DNA of 63,999 bases, counting the filler, from Stramenopiles sp. TOSAG23-6 (Eukaryota), in the NCBI GenBank assembly GCA_900128565.1. It is 6 parts of 6 records of this genome, joined end to end, with 100 filler letters (N's around TTAATTAATTAA, not from the genome) between each part and the next. Parts side by side here need not be neighbours in the genome. Positions count along the whole stretch, not along the records: positions 32,528 to 43,181 come from LT636296.1; positions 43,282 to 53,922 come from LT636297.1; 4 more parts are not named here. One strand, written 5' to 3'. The notes under the pieces are model-generated. The model was not told where the DNA came from and did no database searches. It was given only the letters and a program-made list of their open reading frames with translations. Of this stretch, positions 37,301 to 47,879 are shown piece by piece (the first letter of the stretch is position 1; every line of letters begins with the position of its first letter). Made by a program: the position numbers and the translations under genes.

Positions 37301-39584
37301 CAATGGAGAATGTCGATTATTTGATGATGGAAAACAAGGTACAAGTGTACCATATAATCAGATGCATCAGTCTTCGACATTCTTATTTGAATCAGTTGCC
37401 CAATTTCCTATTGTTCAAGGTGATGTATTTTGTAACGTTGATACTCGTTGTTATATGTCTTCAGAATTAGTGTCTAGTACTGAACAGACATTGAATGTAA
37501 ATGAGGATTGCCTGAAAACGAATCTCAAGATGTGGTCTCTTCAACCAACGCATTCAAATTGCCACGCAGCAGTTGGTTATTTAATAGCTGTACTGAAACC
37601 ATTATTTAGCGCGAATACTTCGCCACCACATCCAAGACCTCCGATTTTATTAGAAAATTTGAACGAAAACTACAGAGGCCTTGCAGGAGAGAATGATCCA
37701 GATTTAATGCAGTACCAAATTCATGCTGCAAGAAATGGTAATATAAACTCACAGATGTGGCTTGCACGTCAATATTATTGGGGGATGGACGGTTTTACTC
37801 GCAACCTATCACGTGCGGCACATTACTACGAAATGGCTGCAAATGCTGGCAATGCAGAGGCATCATATAATCTTGGTGTTATGCTGAACGATGGATTTTA
37901 TCAGCCAATAGAAGAAGAAGAAGAAGCTGAGCGCTCTTCAAATAATCAAATTAGTATTTTAAAAGAATTAAAAATGGCATTGAAAATCATTGCCTTCAAT
38001 TTAGGATTTAGTGAAATCTTTTCAAACGATTTGGGAGGACTTGGAGATGCAGAAGCAGTAGGTGGCGGCGATGCAGGTGGTATAGGTGGTGAAGATATTA
38101 TGCCTGGTAATAATTCTGGTTACTTTGGTAAGTTTTGGAATTTGTTTTCTTCTGAAAGAAAAGAAGATAAAAGAGAAGAAATAGAAGCAAATGATAAAGA
38201 AAAAAAAAAAGTAATATTTAAAAAAGATACAAAAAGAGCAGCTGCATTATTTGAAAAAGCTGGAAAACTTGGCTTTGCACCTGCACTGAATGGTATAGGT
38301 GTACAATATCTACATGGTCTTAATGGATCTGAAAAAAATATTACTCATGCGATGGAGTTGCTACATAGTGCATCAATACAAGGAAGTGCAGATGCAAACT
38401 TTAATCTTGGAACAATATATAGAGATGGAATTGAAGATGTTTCGCGTAATGAGCTGAAGGCTCTTAAACATTTTGCGTTGGCGGCTGAAGCTGATCATGC
38501 AGGATCATTGTTGGAGCTGGGTATCGCATATAGCTCTGGTAGTGGTTGGCTTCAAAGAGCAAATGTTGATAAAATTAAGAAACATCGTGAAGAAACTGAA
38601 ACAAAAGAGTCTCATAGAGATTCAACCAATGCAAATGTAGCTCCTACAGATACTGGAAAATTGTCAAAAGATGGAGATAAAAATAAAACAGAAAAACAAA
38701 ATGAAGATCAAATGTACGAAAAATTAATGGAGAGTAAAGGATATTTGGTATTACCTCAAACCGATAACAGAGACAAAGCAATAATTCTTCCAACTTGGAC
38801 TTCATGTGAAACTGCACAGCTATATTTGAATAAATTAGGTTCAATGGGCGAATCACAAAAAGCGGAAACAAGAGCACTTCAGGGAATTATATTAAATAAA
38901 AGAGATTTAGCTCAAAAGTTGTATGAGAGTGCGGCAGAAATGGGCCAAGTGACGCCACTAATCAATTCTGCTTATATGCGTGAACAAAAAAGGGAAGAAA
39001 TGGATGGAAGAAATATAAATATGGATGCACAAAGTGGGGTTGAAATTGAGGAAAATGAGTTGGGTGATATCGTGTTTACAACAATGCAAGCTTCGCAGCA
39101 AATTTTTTCTGGTAATATAGCTTTACTTCATCGCTGGTTTCAAGCAGCACAGTTAGGTTCAATGGATGCTTTAGTAAGATTATCAAATGTGCATTATTAT
39201 GGTCAATACCTCATGCCTCGGAACGTAACTCTATCAAAGGAGTATCTTGATATTGCAAAGTCTCGAGGTCACCCTGAAGCAACATTTAAAATAGCAATGA
39301 TGGTATTGACTGGACAAGGTGGATTGACACAAAATGTAACTGCATCTAGGGAAATATTGGAAATTATTTGTGAAAATTTTGAGAATGAAGCATATTGGCC
39401 TTCGCGACTTGTTTTGATGTGGTTGGACTTCACTGATTATTTTGCTTACGCTACAATTGAATACTTATGGGAAATATTATCCGGGATTAGGTCAAGAAAT
39501 GTTGATGTTTTATTGGTATTTCTTTGTACTTCTTTAAGTATTGTTTTACTCATATATCAGTGGAGATCTAATCGTAATATATAA
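34344..39584 (+). CDS. Type I membrane protein with PAN/apple, LamG-like and SEL1 repeats (SEL1L/Hrd3-like)
   Basis: Signal peptide; CC.LC…C..W apple motif; WNHVVIS; AANAGNAEASYNLG-type repeats; C-terminal TM; intronless. Confidence 0.8.
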   Translation: MVSLQYIFRLLFLIVLPAISLGIQSESKCVAAQQDKEFYGSEQLIHSQTLENAAACCTLCWEYRLRNCRLWSFSPSESTCSLFTAFAKQMSTQTNRRTISGFLSINSVNHASNVSQDINLDKLDTFSSGDFIVSAIGYVFWIERMTPPMLHIIPSAANFELHDLHWSKLKVVDDSTLQVLLLYIIGNQAKNTLSIEELVNFLPWFHSPLLPRRSRMIIGKPVAIFSNMTIDFGGAATGSFSGDGFHLSRGVPGSVSLWLWPWEDNGNPSPSGESKTIKVVGRCIFQMITESGNSSTHDFQLGIYMGIANKNLDTTNRLFIANEIVGQSLKGWFVDIPLVVRQWNHVVISHGTFNNNNMVNVYINGEIALSKALLKPGRAKVEYDQYGKGATGVNENEIVHKKGLLLRVENTSNNNNSIHMKENNPVSNSGVNDKNRTSEGTSYWGDRFPFIVGKRPNFPGAHILVSRLCIHHNWAMNQKDAKIAFSLKATLVEPLPETLVRAARISTKTTAEYVKQSINNEKVSAEANVKQSLNSEKSTSEENDSIDENLYSGVPSLFDIGVSFATGLPGGILQLRKILDYSSEGLEKSKNDYSLDAQSDDNYIYSFNSSEWNNIEKNASLFEKLSESRPKHVKEPIAFVIDFGQGFQLNTLEISWIRSPEEYSVIGIKVDNDKVDSTNSKAKYNFENPLNLFDIAQTGGKEEIDIFNNFPKIYLRYVYILISNAKARNNFNVILRSISYHSSHDVAGNSNRVTVNMPLKNDDTESRKPTIHDHQSNVNEMSIRVKNEITSSIFSPKTGTSSNNLYGGRLSDPDNLAEISYLLAILASPYTISNISLPHKINVLRIPDVLDWKPDLAVIPPGVRSSEAAGLALSHRLLKSSYNILSKSIFKHETDINNYNQNNFKTNSFHMHDEIQAKIGVSKISGENEARIGVSTSSCFRLGFQYTGEPQQVLHNIESHLRCREMCQRKTGCAYFDYIQMLTSNDNGECRLFDDGKQGTSVPYNQMHQSSTFLFESVAQFPIVQGDVFCNVDTRCYMSSELVSSTEQTLNVNEDCLKTNLKMWSLQPTHSNCHAAVGYLIAVLKPLFSANTSPPHPRPPILLENLNENYRGLAGENDPDLMQYQIHAARNGNINSQMWLARQYYWGMDGFTRNLSRAAHYYEMAANAGNAEASYNLGVMLNDGFYQPIEEEEEAERSSNNQISILKELKMALKIIAFNLGFSEIFSNDLGGLGDAEAVGGGDAGGIGGEDIMPGNNSGYFGKFWNLFSSERKEDKREEIEANDKEKKKVIFKKDTKRAAALFEKAGKLGFAPALNGIGVQYLHGLNGSEKNITHAMELLHSASIQGSADANFNLGTIYRDGIEDVSRNELKALKHFALAAEADHAGSLLELGIAYSSGSGWLQRANVDKIKKHREETETKESHRDSTNANVAPTDTGKLSKDGDKNKTEKQNEDQMYEKLMESKGYLVLPQTDNRDKAIILPTWTSCETAQLYLNKLGSMGESQKAETRALQGIILNKRDLAQKLYESAAEMGQVTPLINSAYMREQKREEMDGRNINMDAQSGVEIEENELGDIVFTTMQASQQIFSGNIALLHRWFQAAQLGSMDALVRLSNVHYYGQYLMPRNVTLSKEYLDIAKSRGHPEATFKIAMMVLTGQGGLTQNVTASREILEIICENFENEAYWPSRLVLMWLDFTDYFAYATIEYLWEILSGIRSRNVDVLLVFLCTSLSIVLLIYQWRSNRNI

Positions 39585-39604
39585 ATGATTTTAGATTTAT
39601 TATT

Positions 39605-41699
39605 TTAGACAAACACTATTTTTTTCTTTGTTATGTTGACACTTGATTTTTTAGATGGCTCAGAGGATGACAAACTTGCCTTTGCAATTACAACAGATGG
39701 TTCCATCAATGGGTATGTATACTTTTCACTCATTACAGTAGATTCGGTATCAACATGGCCATTGCTAGCAATGTGTTTTTGTTTTGGTGAAAAACTTGCA
39801 ATTGATGATTTTGTAGTTTTCATCAACTCCTTCATTTGACGTTGCATTGTCTCACGCATATCCTTTAATTCGCGTTCTTTTTCTTCTTGTGTTTGCGGTC
39901 CTTTTTCATAATTTTCGGATGTATCTTCAGTAGAAGCTGAATGAGAGGCGTATTTATACGAAATACTATCATCTTCCCAAGGACTGACTAATGACGTTTC
40001 TCTATTTGATGTTTCATCTTTTCTTTGATTTTGTTGCTTTGATAGTATATTAGATTTTTTATGATGTTTAGGATCCCTACGACTTAGTTTTGTTTCAAGT
40101 TTGACTTTTGAAAACTCCTTTGTCTTTGTAGGCACATGCCTTGGAGACATTTCTGAAGCCTCAGCCCATTGCACTGATACATTTTTACCCATTGTCTCTT
40201 TCGATGATGAAACAATAGTTTTTGCTGTAGGTATTGTTCCTGTGGCTGAAGGTACAGTACCAAAGGATATACATCGATCTAAAAGTATTATTCGTGTTGG
40301 AAAAGTTGTACTTATTAAAACACGGAACACTCTTCCATGTATTCTGAGAAAATATGTCAATTTTTAAATTCGTTATGAATGAAAACGTTCAATTTGGTAC
40401 ACAAAATAAATAAATTTGAAATTAATAATGAAAACATACATATACAGAATGTGCATTTGATATCCAAGGAAAGTCATCAGCAGGGCTAATGACTTTCATA
40501 GCATTGTTGAACATTTGCACCTTTCTTTTTGGTAATTGTCTCTTTTTACTGAATTTACTATTTTTGACTATTCTTTTTTTTTGAGTTTGTACCTTATGAA
40601 AAATTAAAAATCCATCATCTTGACAGCATTGCAATTGACTGTACAACTTACTAGGTCTATGCGTCTCGCTTACATCTGTTACTGTAACAGAAAAACGCCA
40701 CGCATCTAATGGTCTTGGGTACTCTATTAAAACACGAACATGGTAGAATGCGGCATTATATTTCAATCTATAAGGTAATGAACTTCCTAGTAATTTCGTG
40801 GTAAATCCTGCATTTAGTTTTAATGTTTTATCACCATTGCCACCATCAGTAGAACTATTACTTGCTTGATTCACATGCCCTTTACCCCATCGTTTTGCTT
40901 TATGAGTATGCGCTCTATCAGGCATACCAGGTGTTGTTCTGTATACTTGAGTCACATTTTGTGAGTCATTTGATGAAGTAACTTTGGGAGGACTTTTATC
41001 ATCAATTTGACTAATGTTTTCGTGCTTTTTATTCGTATTTGAAGAAAAATCAACTCTTATTTTACTTGAATATTTTTGTCTTGTAGTTGCCGTTCTTGGT
41101 CTCCTACGTAAGTTTTGTGTCACTAGTTTTGGATTATTATAATATGGAACTCGTATTTTAGTCTGGCGTGGCATAGCACTAAATGGCCGGCGCTTTTGTC
41201 GTATTTTCACTTCATCTATAGCCGAGTCAAAAAGAGTTTCGTCATTCTGAGTTTCATCAATCTGAGATTGTATATCAAAAGTTTCCGTATTTTCTATCAT
41301 ATGCCTACTTAAAGGTGCACTTTGTGGACGACTATGTTTTACATTCCCATTCCGGTGATATTGACCTTTTTTTATTACGTGGCTTTCTTTTATACTTTTA
41401 CTACGATTTGTACTAGTGGATGAGTTCGTACTATTTTTACTACGATTTAAACGTCGAGGTATTGCACTACGAGGACGATTTTTCTTAGATGTAACAGTTT
41501 TGTTATTCATGTTCCTTTTACTATTTAATGGTGTATCTTCCCATGCTACTTGGGGTAAATACCTTTTTGTTGGAGCTAAGTTTATGCGCTGGCGATAACG
41601 ACGTTCTAATTCGATTTCTTTCTTATCTGCATTTTGGAAAGCTTGCTCGATCAACCTATAGCTCAAACGTCTTGCACTTTGTGGCCGTGATAATGACAT
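39605..41699 (-). CDS. Hypothetical basic protein with RP.SA motifs, two exons
   Basis: Exons 41699-40440 and 40336-39605 join in frame (…AHSVY|GRVF…). Confidence 0.7.
40337..40439 (-). mobile_element. Introner-like intron 26, GT-AT, 103 nt, diverged
   Basis: at|GTATGT…GTACCAAAT…AATACAT|gga. Confidence 0.8.
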
Positions 41700-41993
41700 G
41701 AGAGCTATATAATATTTCTTAATTAAAACTTCAGAACCGTTTTGGGGGGTGGCATCAGAGCAATACTATGGACAGTATTTTAATTTTGTTTATCTGTTGT
41801 TTTTCTAAGCTATTGTTTGTTGTACTACCTACTACTATTGTAGTAGTAGGTTGGTACCCGTAACGTTCCGTCAGTTGAGTATGTTACCCGGTAACAAAAG
41901 CCCCAACCCTAAACCCCAACACAATAATTTACGAATAAACAGAATAGATTATTTATGATTATATATTGTAAAAGGATAGACGTTACTGTATGA

Positions 41994-42068
41994 GTCAGGG
42001 TGGTGTAGTCGGTTTATCACGTTTGCTTTACACGCAAAAGGTCCTGGGTTCGATTCCCAGTCTTGATA
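41994..42068 (+). tRNA. tRNA-Val (anticodon TAC)
   Basis: Acceptor GTCAGGG/TCTTGAT, D arm TGGTGTAGTCGGT, anticodon arm TTTGC-TTTACAC-GCAAA, T loop GGTTCGATTCC, downstream T runs (Pol III terminator). Confidence 0.93.
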
Positions 42069-42238
42069 CTCTTTTACTTTTTTATTATTAATTTTTTCTA
42101 TTTTTTTTTAAATTTTTGTATTTAGTACCGGGATACGTACTAAAAAAAAAACGACCTGTAAAACGTAAAAAAACGTCCAGAAAACCGTCGTAGTATGTAA
42201 CAAGAAACAGAACACTTCATTTACAATTCTTTTATACA

Positions 42239-42739
42239 ATGCCTTTTATATCTGAATCATTTAATTTAAATAACAAATTGTTTGATGCATCTGCTGCTGT
42301 AGTAGAATCTTATATTGCTGTAGAAAAACTTGAGGAATCTGCCACACATTTACACAAAAAGGAGATTTTAGGTAAACCTTTCCTTTTGGGCTATGATTTT
42401 CCACCCCTGCCTTGTGCCCCTCCACCACCACCACCACCACATCTCCACAATGATACGAATGATTTGATAGAAAAAAGAAATTGCATAATAAATAGATTAG
42501 AACCTCAGAAAGGGCAGAAATATACTCAAATTTTGCCTGAAGAAAGTATTACTACTATCAATTCTACAGAGCAGATCCAGAAAAGTTTCATTGAGACAAT
42601 GTCAAAATTAGACAAAAGTGTCAATAAATTAAAGCACTACCAACAACAAAAGCAAGAGTATACAGATTGGATAAATAATTTGATTCGAGTTCGTGACAAC
42701 CGAAATAAAATATTAAGCAGAACGATGGAAGAATACTGA
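42239..42739 (+). CDS. Hypothetical protein with poly-Pro and coiled coil
   Basis: 166-aa ATG ORF with AT-rich flanks. Confidence 0.6.
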   Translation: MPFISESFNLNNKLFDASAAVVESYIAVEKLEESATHLHKKEILGKPFLLGYDFPPLPCAPPPPPPPHLHNDTNDLIEKRNCIINRLEPQKGQKYTQILPEESITTINSTEQIQKSFIETMSKLDKSVNKLKHYQQQKQEYTDWINNLIRVRDNRNKILSRTMEEY

Positions 42740-42795
42740 AACAATGAGATCTCAAACTAATTAACAAAGAGTAATAAAAAATATATTATAAATTC

Positions 42796-43181
42796 TTAAG
42801 GTTTAGTTCGACGCCCTCGTGAACGTTTCCCTTGATAGTTAGATCCACGTCCTCTACCACTAGACTTTTCATTATCATTTTCGTATTTCACAACATGGCG
42901 TCTTCCTGTATCATTCGTAGTAATAGTCATACCAACAAACTGATTTTCTTGTTTCGTATTTTCACACTGTTGTTGTTGTTGTTGTTGTCTAAAGTTATTC
43001 TTATTTTGTTTCTTTCTTTGTTGACTCTTTCTAGTATTTTTGTTTTTATTGTTTTTATTGTTTTGTTGTTGTTTTTGTTGTACCTGTTGCTGTTGTTTTT
43101 GTTGTACCTGATGCTGTTGCTGATGATGTTTTTTTTGTTGTTTTTGTTGTACTTGCTGCTGCTGCTGATGTTGTTTTTTTT
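42796..43181 (-). CDS. 3' end of a Gln/Lys-rich protein (truncated by contig end)
   Basis: Open minus-strand frame QHQQQQQVQQK…GRGRGSNYQGKRSRGRRTKP*; not in the ORF track. Confidence 0.5.
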
Positions 43182-43281
43182 NNNNNNNNNNNNNNNNNNN
43201 NNNNNNNNNNNNNNNNNNNNNNNNNTTAATTAATTAANNNNNNNNNNNNNNNNNNNNNNNNNNNNNNNNNNNNNNNNNNNN
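43182..43281. other. Artificial contig linker
   Basis: TTAATTAATTAA at 43226-43237. Confidence 0.97.
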
Positions 43282-43335
43282 GGTACAAAATTTCGTACGA
43301 AAAAAAAATCAAATTTGAAAAAAACTAAAACATAC
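43282..43335 (-). mobile_element. Introner-like intron 27 (5' part)
   Basis: at|GTATGT…TTCGTACGAA…; contig ends inside. Confidence 0.8.
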
Positions 43336-43859
43336 ATGGGTTTCCGTTGTAGTCTTCAATTTTTAAGAACCCAGCACGCTCATAAAGACGTATGGCTTTC
43401 ACTTGCTTAACTCCTGTATCAAGTCGAACAGTTTGAGCACCAAGAGATTGTGCGGTAGCGATAAGCTGTTCGAGAAGCTCCTTACCTAAACCACGTCCAC
43501 GGTGAGTCTTGATTACAAACATGCGTTTTATTTCTGCAATATGAGTTTCCAGCATCTTGACACCAGCGCCAGCGATTACTTCTCCTGTGGATTTATCGCG
43601 CCCGACTAGATAAGCACCTCTTGGACGAAGTAAGTCCAATTTCGTTGCTTTTGGCCCAACGTCAAAGGAAAAACCTGGATACATGTAATGAGTGAAATGC
43701 AATAAAAGCAGAAAGGGTGAGTGAAACGTGAATGGGAGCAATTAGGGGGCAAGTTGGAGTTGTCGATTTTACATACAAACTTGCTACTTCTTCTAAAAAT
43801 AGTGCCAATAGCATCTTTGCTGGAGGTGCATCCGAGGGCTCCTCAGACCACAGTAGCAT
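43336..43859 (-). CDS. GNAT acetyltransferase (3' truncated)
   Basis: Exons 43859-43777 and 43682-43336; AEIKRMFV…RGRGLGKELL…LDTG…AIRLYERAGF. Confidence 0.88.
43683..43776 (-). other. Intron 28, GT-AT, 94 nt, interior unlike the repeat consensus
   Basis: tt|GTATGT…CCCTAAT…ATTACAT|g; gives EVASLYPGF in the GNAT. Confidence 0.8.
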
Positions 43860-44163
43860 GATGCAAAGTTGTATTTGAATGGATTTGCATATGGAATGTT
43901 TTCTTTAACAAGACTTCAGAAGCAGAAGAGAAATAAAATAATAGCAAAGTAAAAAGTTGATGACATATCAATGATATATCATTCTGTCCCGAGGCCATTT
44001 TAGCTAGGGTTAGGGTTTAGCCCTCAAAGTCTTCGAAAAGTCGAATAAGACGAATGACATTTCGACATTTTGTACCGACGACATCGCTCGAACGAACTCT
44101 CGAGCTTCTCGTTAGTTTCTTCTCACACCTAAATAATCTTTAGAAAGGTGGTTTACACATTAA

Positions 44164-46932
44164 ATGGCAGGGCCTCAAGAAAAAAAGGCTGTTGCCATTG
44201 AAGTTGAATCTAATGATAAAAAGAAGAAAGGTAAGAAAAAAGGTAAGAAAGGAAAAAAGGCGAAGGAAGCTGTAGTAGAACTATCAGAAGAGGATGAGGC
44301 AATGAAGAATGCGCTCGAGTTGGCTGTTCGACGTGTACAGGATAAGTCTGCTGTGGTACAAAAAGCGGCACTTAAAACTCTTCGCGACACAATTAAGTCT
44401 GCAACTTCAGCGATGACTTCTGTTCCAAAACCATTAAAATTCCTTGCTCCCCATTACCGTAATCTGGTGAGTTATTTTGACGAAAAGTTGGTGACTCAAT
44501 CGGCAAACAAAACCGAGCTAGCTGACATTCTTGCCCTTGTTGCGATGAGTATGTCCAACGGAAAGAAATATAACCGAGATAGTCTCCGATTTAAACTTCA
44601 AGGCTCCCGAGGAGATTTAGGAGCTTGGGGAGATGAATTTGTTCGCAATCTTGCCGGTGAGTTAGGCCAGGAATATGGAGAAAGAACAAGCTCTGAACCT
44701 CCTGTGGATACAGCGGATCTCCTAGTCTTAGTTGATGAAGTATTGACTTTTAACATGAACCACAATGCGGAAGCAGACTCTGTGGACATGCTTATGGAAG
44801 TCCAACAGTTATCGCGCCTTCTTGATGAACGTCTTACATCAAAAATGGATGCTCGTAACGCGGAAAGACTCTGCAACTACTTAATGCGTTGTGCTAAATA
44901 CGAAAGTGACCCTGATGAGCGCCAAAATGTGTATAAAACTTCGTTCGAGCTATTTATGAAACACAAAAAAGCGTCTGATGCTCTTCGATGTGCCATTAAA
45001 ATGAATAATGATGAGTTAGTGAAACGCGTTTTTGAGATGCCATCTGTAAAATCAGACACCCCGATGCGTAAGCAGCTTTGTTTTATTCTCGGTCGACAAA
45101 GAGCTTTCACGTTTCAGTTAGATGAAGATGAAGATGATGATGCATCCGAGTTGAACGAAATTATTGGGAACTATTCGATATTATCTGATCATTTTAGGCG
45201 TCTTGCTACAACTTTAGACGTACAAGATGCAAAGACTCCCGAGGAGGTGTATAAATCTCATTTAGGTGACTCTGGACGAACTGGTCTTAATGCAGATGGA
45301 GCAGCTGTAGAGTCTGCTAGACAGAACGCAGCATCGACATATGTTAACGGTTTCGTTAATGTTGGTTATGGTAAAGATAAATTGATAACTGCTCAAGGCG
45401 ATGATGGTCAGAACGTCTGGTTGTATAAGAATAAGGATCGGGGTATGCATAGTGCAGCAGCATCTCTAGGTATGGTATATCAATGGGATGTTGATGAAGG
45501 TTTTGGCGCGCTTGATCGTTTCCTCTATGTTGACAATATCAATATCAAAGCTGGGGCAGTTCTTGGAATCGGTGTTTGCAACGCTGGTGTATATAATGCT
45601 GAAGTCGATGCCGCTATTGGACTGTTACCTGACTATCTCACAGATGATACAAAACTTTCCAGTGATGGAAATAGTCTATTAAAAGTCTCTGCTTTGTTAG
45701 CTTTTGGACTTTCATATGTTGGCACATGTAGAGAAGAAGTTCAAGACCTTGTTGAACCATTTATTGAAGGTGAGGACATTAGCTTTGATGTCACAGCTAT
45801 TGCTGCTATATCATTAGGTATGGTATTTGTTGGTTCTGGTGATGAAGATGTTGCCACTTCCTTGATCGAACGCTTACTCTCAGCTAGTGATGCTGAATTA
45901 GATACCCCTGGTGCACGATTTCTATGTCTTGCTGTTGGACTCGTCTTTCTAGGTCGCGAGGAAGCTGCCGATGCAACACTTGAGGTGTTTAAGACAATTG
46001 AAAATAAGATAGGACACTTTGCAATTCTCACTGTCAAGACCTGTGCATATGCCGGCAGTGGTAACGTTCTTAAAGTTCAAGAAATGTTACATGTTTGTGC
46101 TGAACATCTCGATGAAAAAAATGCTGCATATCATCAGATGGTTGCCACTCTTGGCGTGGCTCTTCTTTCTGTAGGTGAAGAAGTAGGCTCTGCGATGGCA
46201 ATGCGAACAATGGAGCATTTATTACAATATGGAGAATTGCCTGTAAAGCGTGCTGTTCCTCTAGCCATTGCTCTTTTACACGTTTCAGACCCTGACTTCA
46301 GTGTAGTAGATACTGTTAGTAAGTTGAGTCACGATTCGGATGATGCCGTTGCACAGAATGCCATCCTTGCACTTGGTATTATATCTGCTGGTACAAATAA
46401 TTCCCGTGTCGCTGGTCTTCTTCGCCAGCTTTCTTCTTTTTACAAGAAACAGGCGAATCACTTGTATATTGTACGCATTGCGCAGGGTTTGTTACACATG
46501 GGTAAAGGGTTAGTTACGTTAAATCCTGCCCATTCCGGTGGTCTTCTTGCTTCGAACGCATCATTGGCCGGCCTTCTGGTAGTTCTTTTTGCTGCATTTG
46601 ATCAAAAGAATACTTTACTTGACAAAATGCATTATCTGTTGTACTCTTTGTGCACTGCCTGTGTGCCTAGAATGCTTGTTACACTTGATGAAGAACTGAA
46701 TCCTCTGAAGGTACAGGTACGTGTCGGAGAAAGTGTAGACGTTGTTGGACAAGCAGGAAATCCGCGTGCAATCACTGGTTTCCAGACATTTGATACCCCT
46801 GTGTTGATGTCCACGGGAGATCGCGCAGAATTGGTTGGTGAGGAATATGAACCTTTGACGAGTGTAATTGAAGGCTTTGTCATTTTAAGAAAAAAGAAAA
46901 ACAAAAACACTGACGGGGAGTCGAAGGAGTAA
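44164..46932 (+). CDS. RPN1: 26S proteasome regulatory subunit RPN1/PSMD2
   Basis: SMTSVPKPLKFL, SARQN, YAGSGNVLKVQ, GQAGNPRAITGFQT; intronless. Confidence 0.97.
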   Translation: MAGPQEKKAVAIEVESNDKKKKGKKKGKKGKKAKEAVVELSEEDEAMKNALELAVRRVQDKSAVVQKAALKTLRDTIKSATSAMTSVPKPLKFLAPHYRNLVSYFDEKLVTQSANKTELADILALVAMSMSNGKKYNRDSLRFKLQGSRGDLGAWGDEFVRNLAGELGQEYGERTSSEPPVDTADLLVLVDEVLTFNMNHNAEADSVDMLMEVQQLSRLLDERLTSKMDARNAERLCNYLMRCAKYESDPDERQNVYKTSFELFMKHKKASDALRCAIKMNNDELVKRVFEMPSVKSDTPMRKQLCFILGRQRAFTFQLDEDEDDDASELNEIIGNYSILSDHFRRLATTLDVQDAKTPEEVYKSHLGDSGRTGLNADGAAVESARQNAASTYVNGFVNVGYGKDKLITAQGDDGQNVWLYKNKDRGMHSAAASLGMVYQWDVDEGFGALDRFLYVDNINIKAGAVLGIGVCNAGVYNAEVDAAIGLLPDYLTDDTKLSSDGNSLLKVSALLAFGLSYVGTCREEVQDLVEPFIEGEDISFDVTAIAAISLGMVFVGSGDEDVATSLIERLLSASDAELDTPGARFLCLAVGLVFLGREEAADATLEVFKTIENKIGHFAILTVKTCAYAGSGNVLKVQEMLHVCAEHLDEKNAAYHQMVATLGVALLSVGEEVGSAMAMRTMEHLLQYGELPVKRAVPLAIALLHVSDPDFSVVDTVSKLSHDSDDAVAQNAILALGIISAGTNNSRVAGLLRQLSSFYKKQANHLYIVRIAQGLLHMGKGLVTLNPAHSGGLLASNASLAGLLVVLFAAFDQKNTLLDKMHYLLYSLCTACVPRMLVTLDEELNPLKVQVRVGESVDVVGQAGNPRAITGFQTFDTPVLMSTGDRAELVGEEYEPLTSVIEGFVILRKKKNKNTDGESKE

Positions 46933-47111
46933 GGCACATTGTGTATTGGTACCACCTTTGGCTAAATACGTATTTTTTTTTAGAGTTGATAATATTCAAT
47001 AAAGAAGAATATGTCCTGCAGAAAATAGTACTATTTAATAGTTTTATATTTCGACCGTTTATGTTTTTTTATTGACTGTGGTTGTCTTTATTTTTTTGTC
47101 TTTTTCACATA

Positions 47112-47642
47112 TTAATAGTTACTACTCTGTTGCATTATACTCATAAACTCACTTTCATTAATCAAACCATCAGCATCCTTGTCAAATTCATCAATCATTG
47201 CTTGTAATTCATCGTCTCCAATATCTTCCCCAAGTTCTTTAGAGATTAACCTCAAGTTTTTTACTGAAATATTACCAGAGGCGTCGGCATCGAATAAACG
47301 AAAGGCTTTTTTCATTTCTTCTTCTGGATCTCGTTGAGAATATTGCTGTTTTAGTATACTAACAAATTGTTCGCGCGTAATATTACCAGTGTCATGTACG
47401 TCTACATCTCGTACTAGTCGCAACACATCGGCCTTTTTGACTGCGAAACCAAGCGCCCTCATGGCTACTTTTAATTCATGGTAATCTACAGTTCCTGTTT
47501 TATCTGCATCAAATAATGTAAATGCCTCATCAATTTCTTTAATATCATCATCATTTAGCGGCATTGTAGGTGGATCTCGAGTCTTCAATTTTCCTCTCAA
47601 GCCGAAACCCATTCCATCGACAGACCGTTGAAAGAGACTCAT
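47112..47642 (-). CDS. CETN3: Centrin (centrin-3/Cdc31 type)
   Basis: [29 protein letters not shown]; four EF-hand positions. Confidence 0.9.
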   Translation of the reverse strand: MSLFQRSVDGMGFGLRGKLKTRDPPTMPLNDDDIKEIDEAFTLFDADKTGTVDYHELKVAMRALGFAVKKADVLRLVRDVDVHDTGNITREQFVSILKQQYSQRDPEEEMKKAFRLFDADASGNISVKNLRLISKELGEDIGDDELQAMIDEFDKDADGLINESEFMSIMQQSSNY

Positions 47643-47879
47643 TATTAAATTTTAAGAAAGCGCCTTGATGATGAGATTCTTTCGAGTTTGTTTTGAGTTT
47701 GGAAGTTTCAAAAATTTGAAAAAATCACGAAAAATCGAAAAACCGAAGGACATTAGTCGGAAGTCCGCTTTCATTTAAGTTCACGCTCGGAGTTGTTGTT
47801 TATAAGTTTAACTCAGTAGTTCCCAGTAGATTCACTAAAAGTTTGACTTTCCACAAAAAGACGAGGTGATACAAAGATA

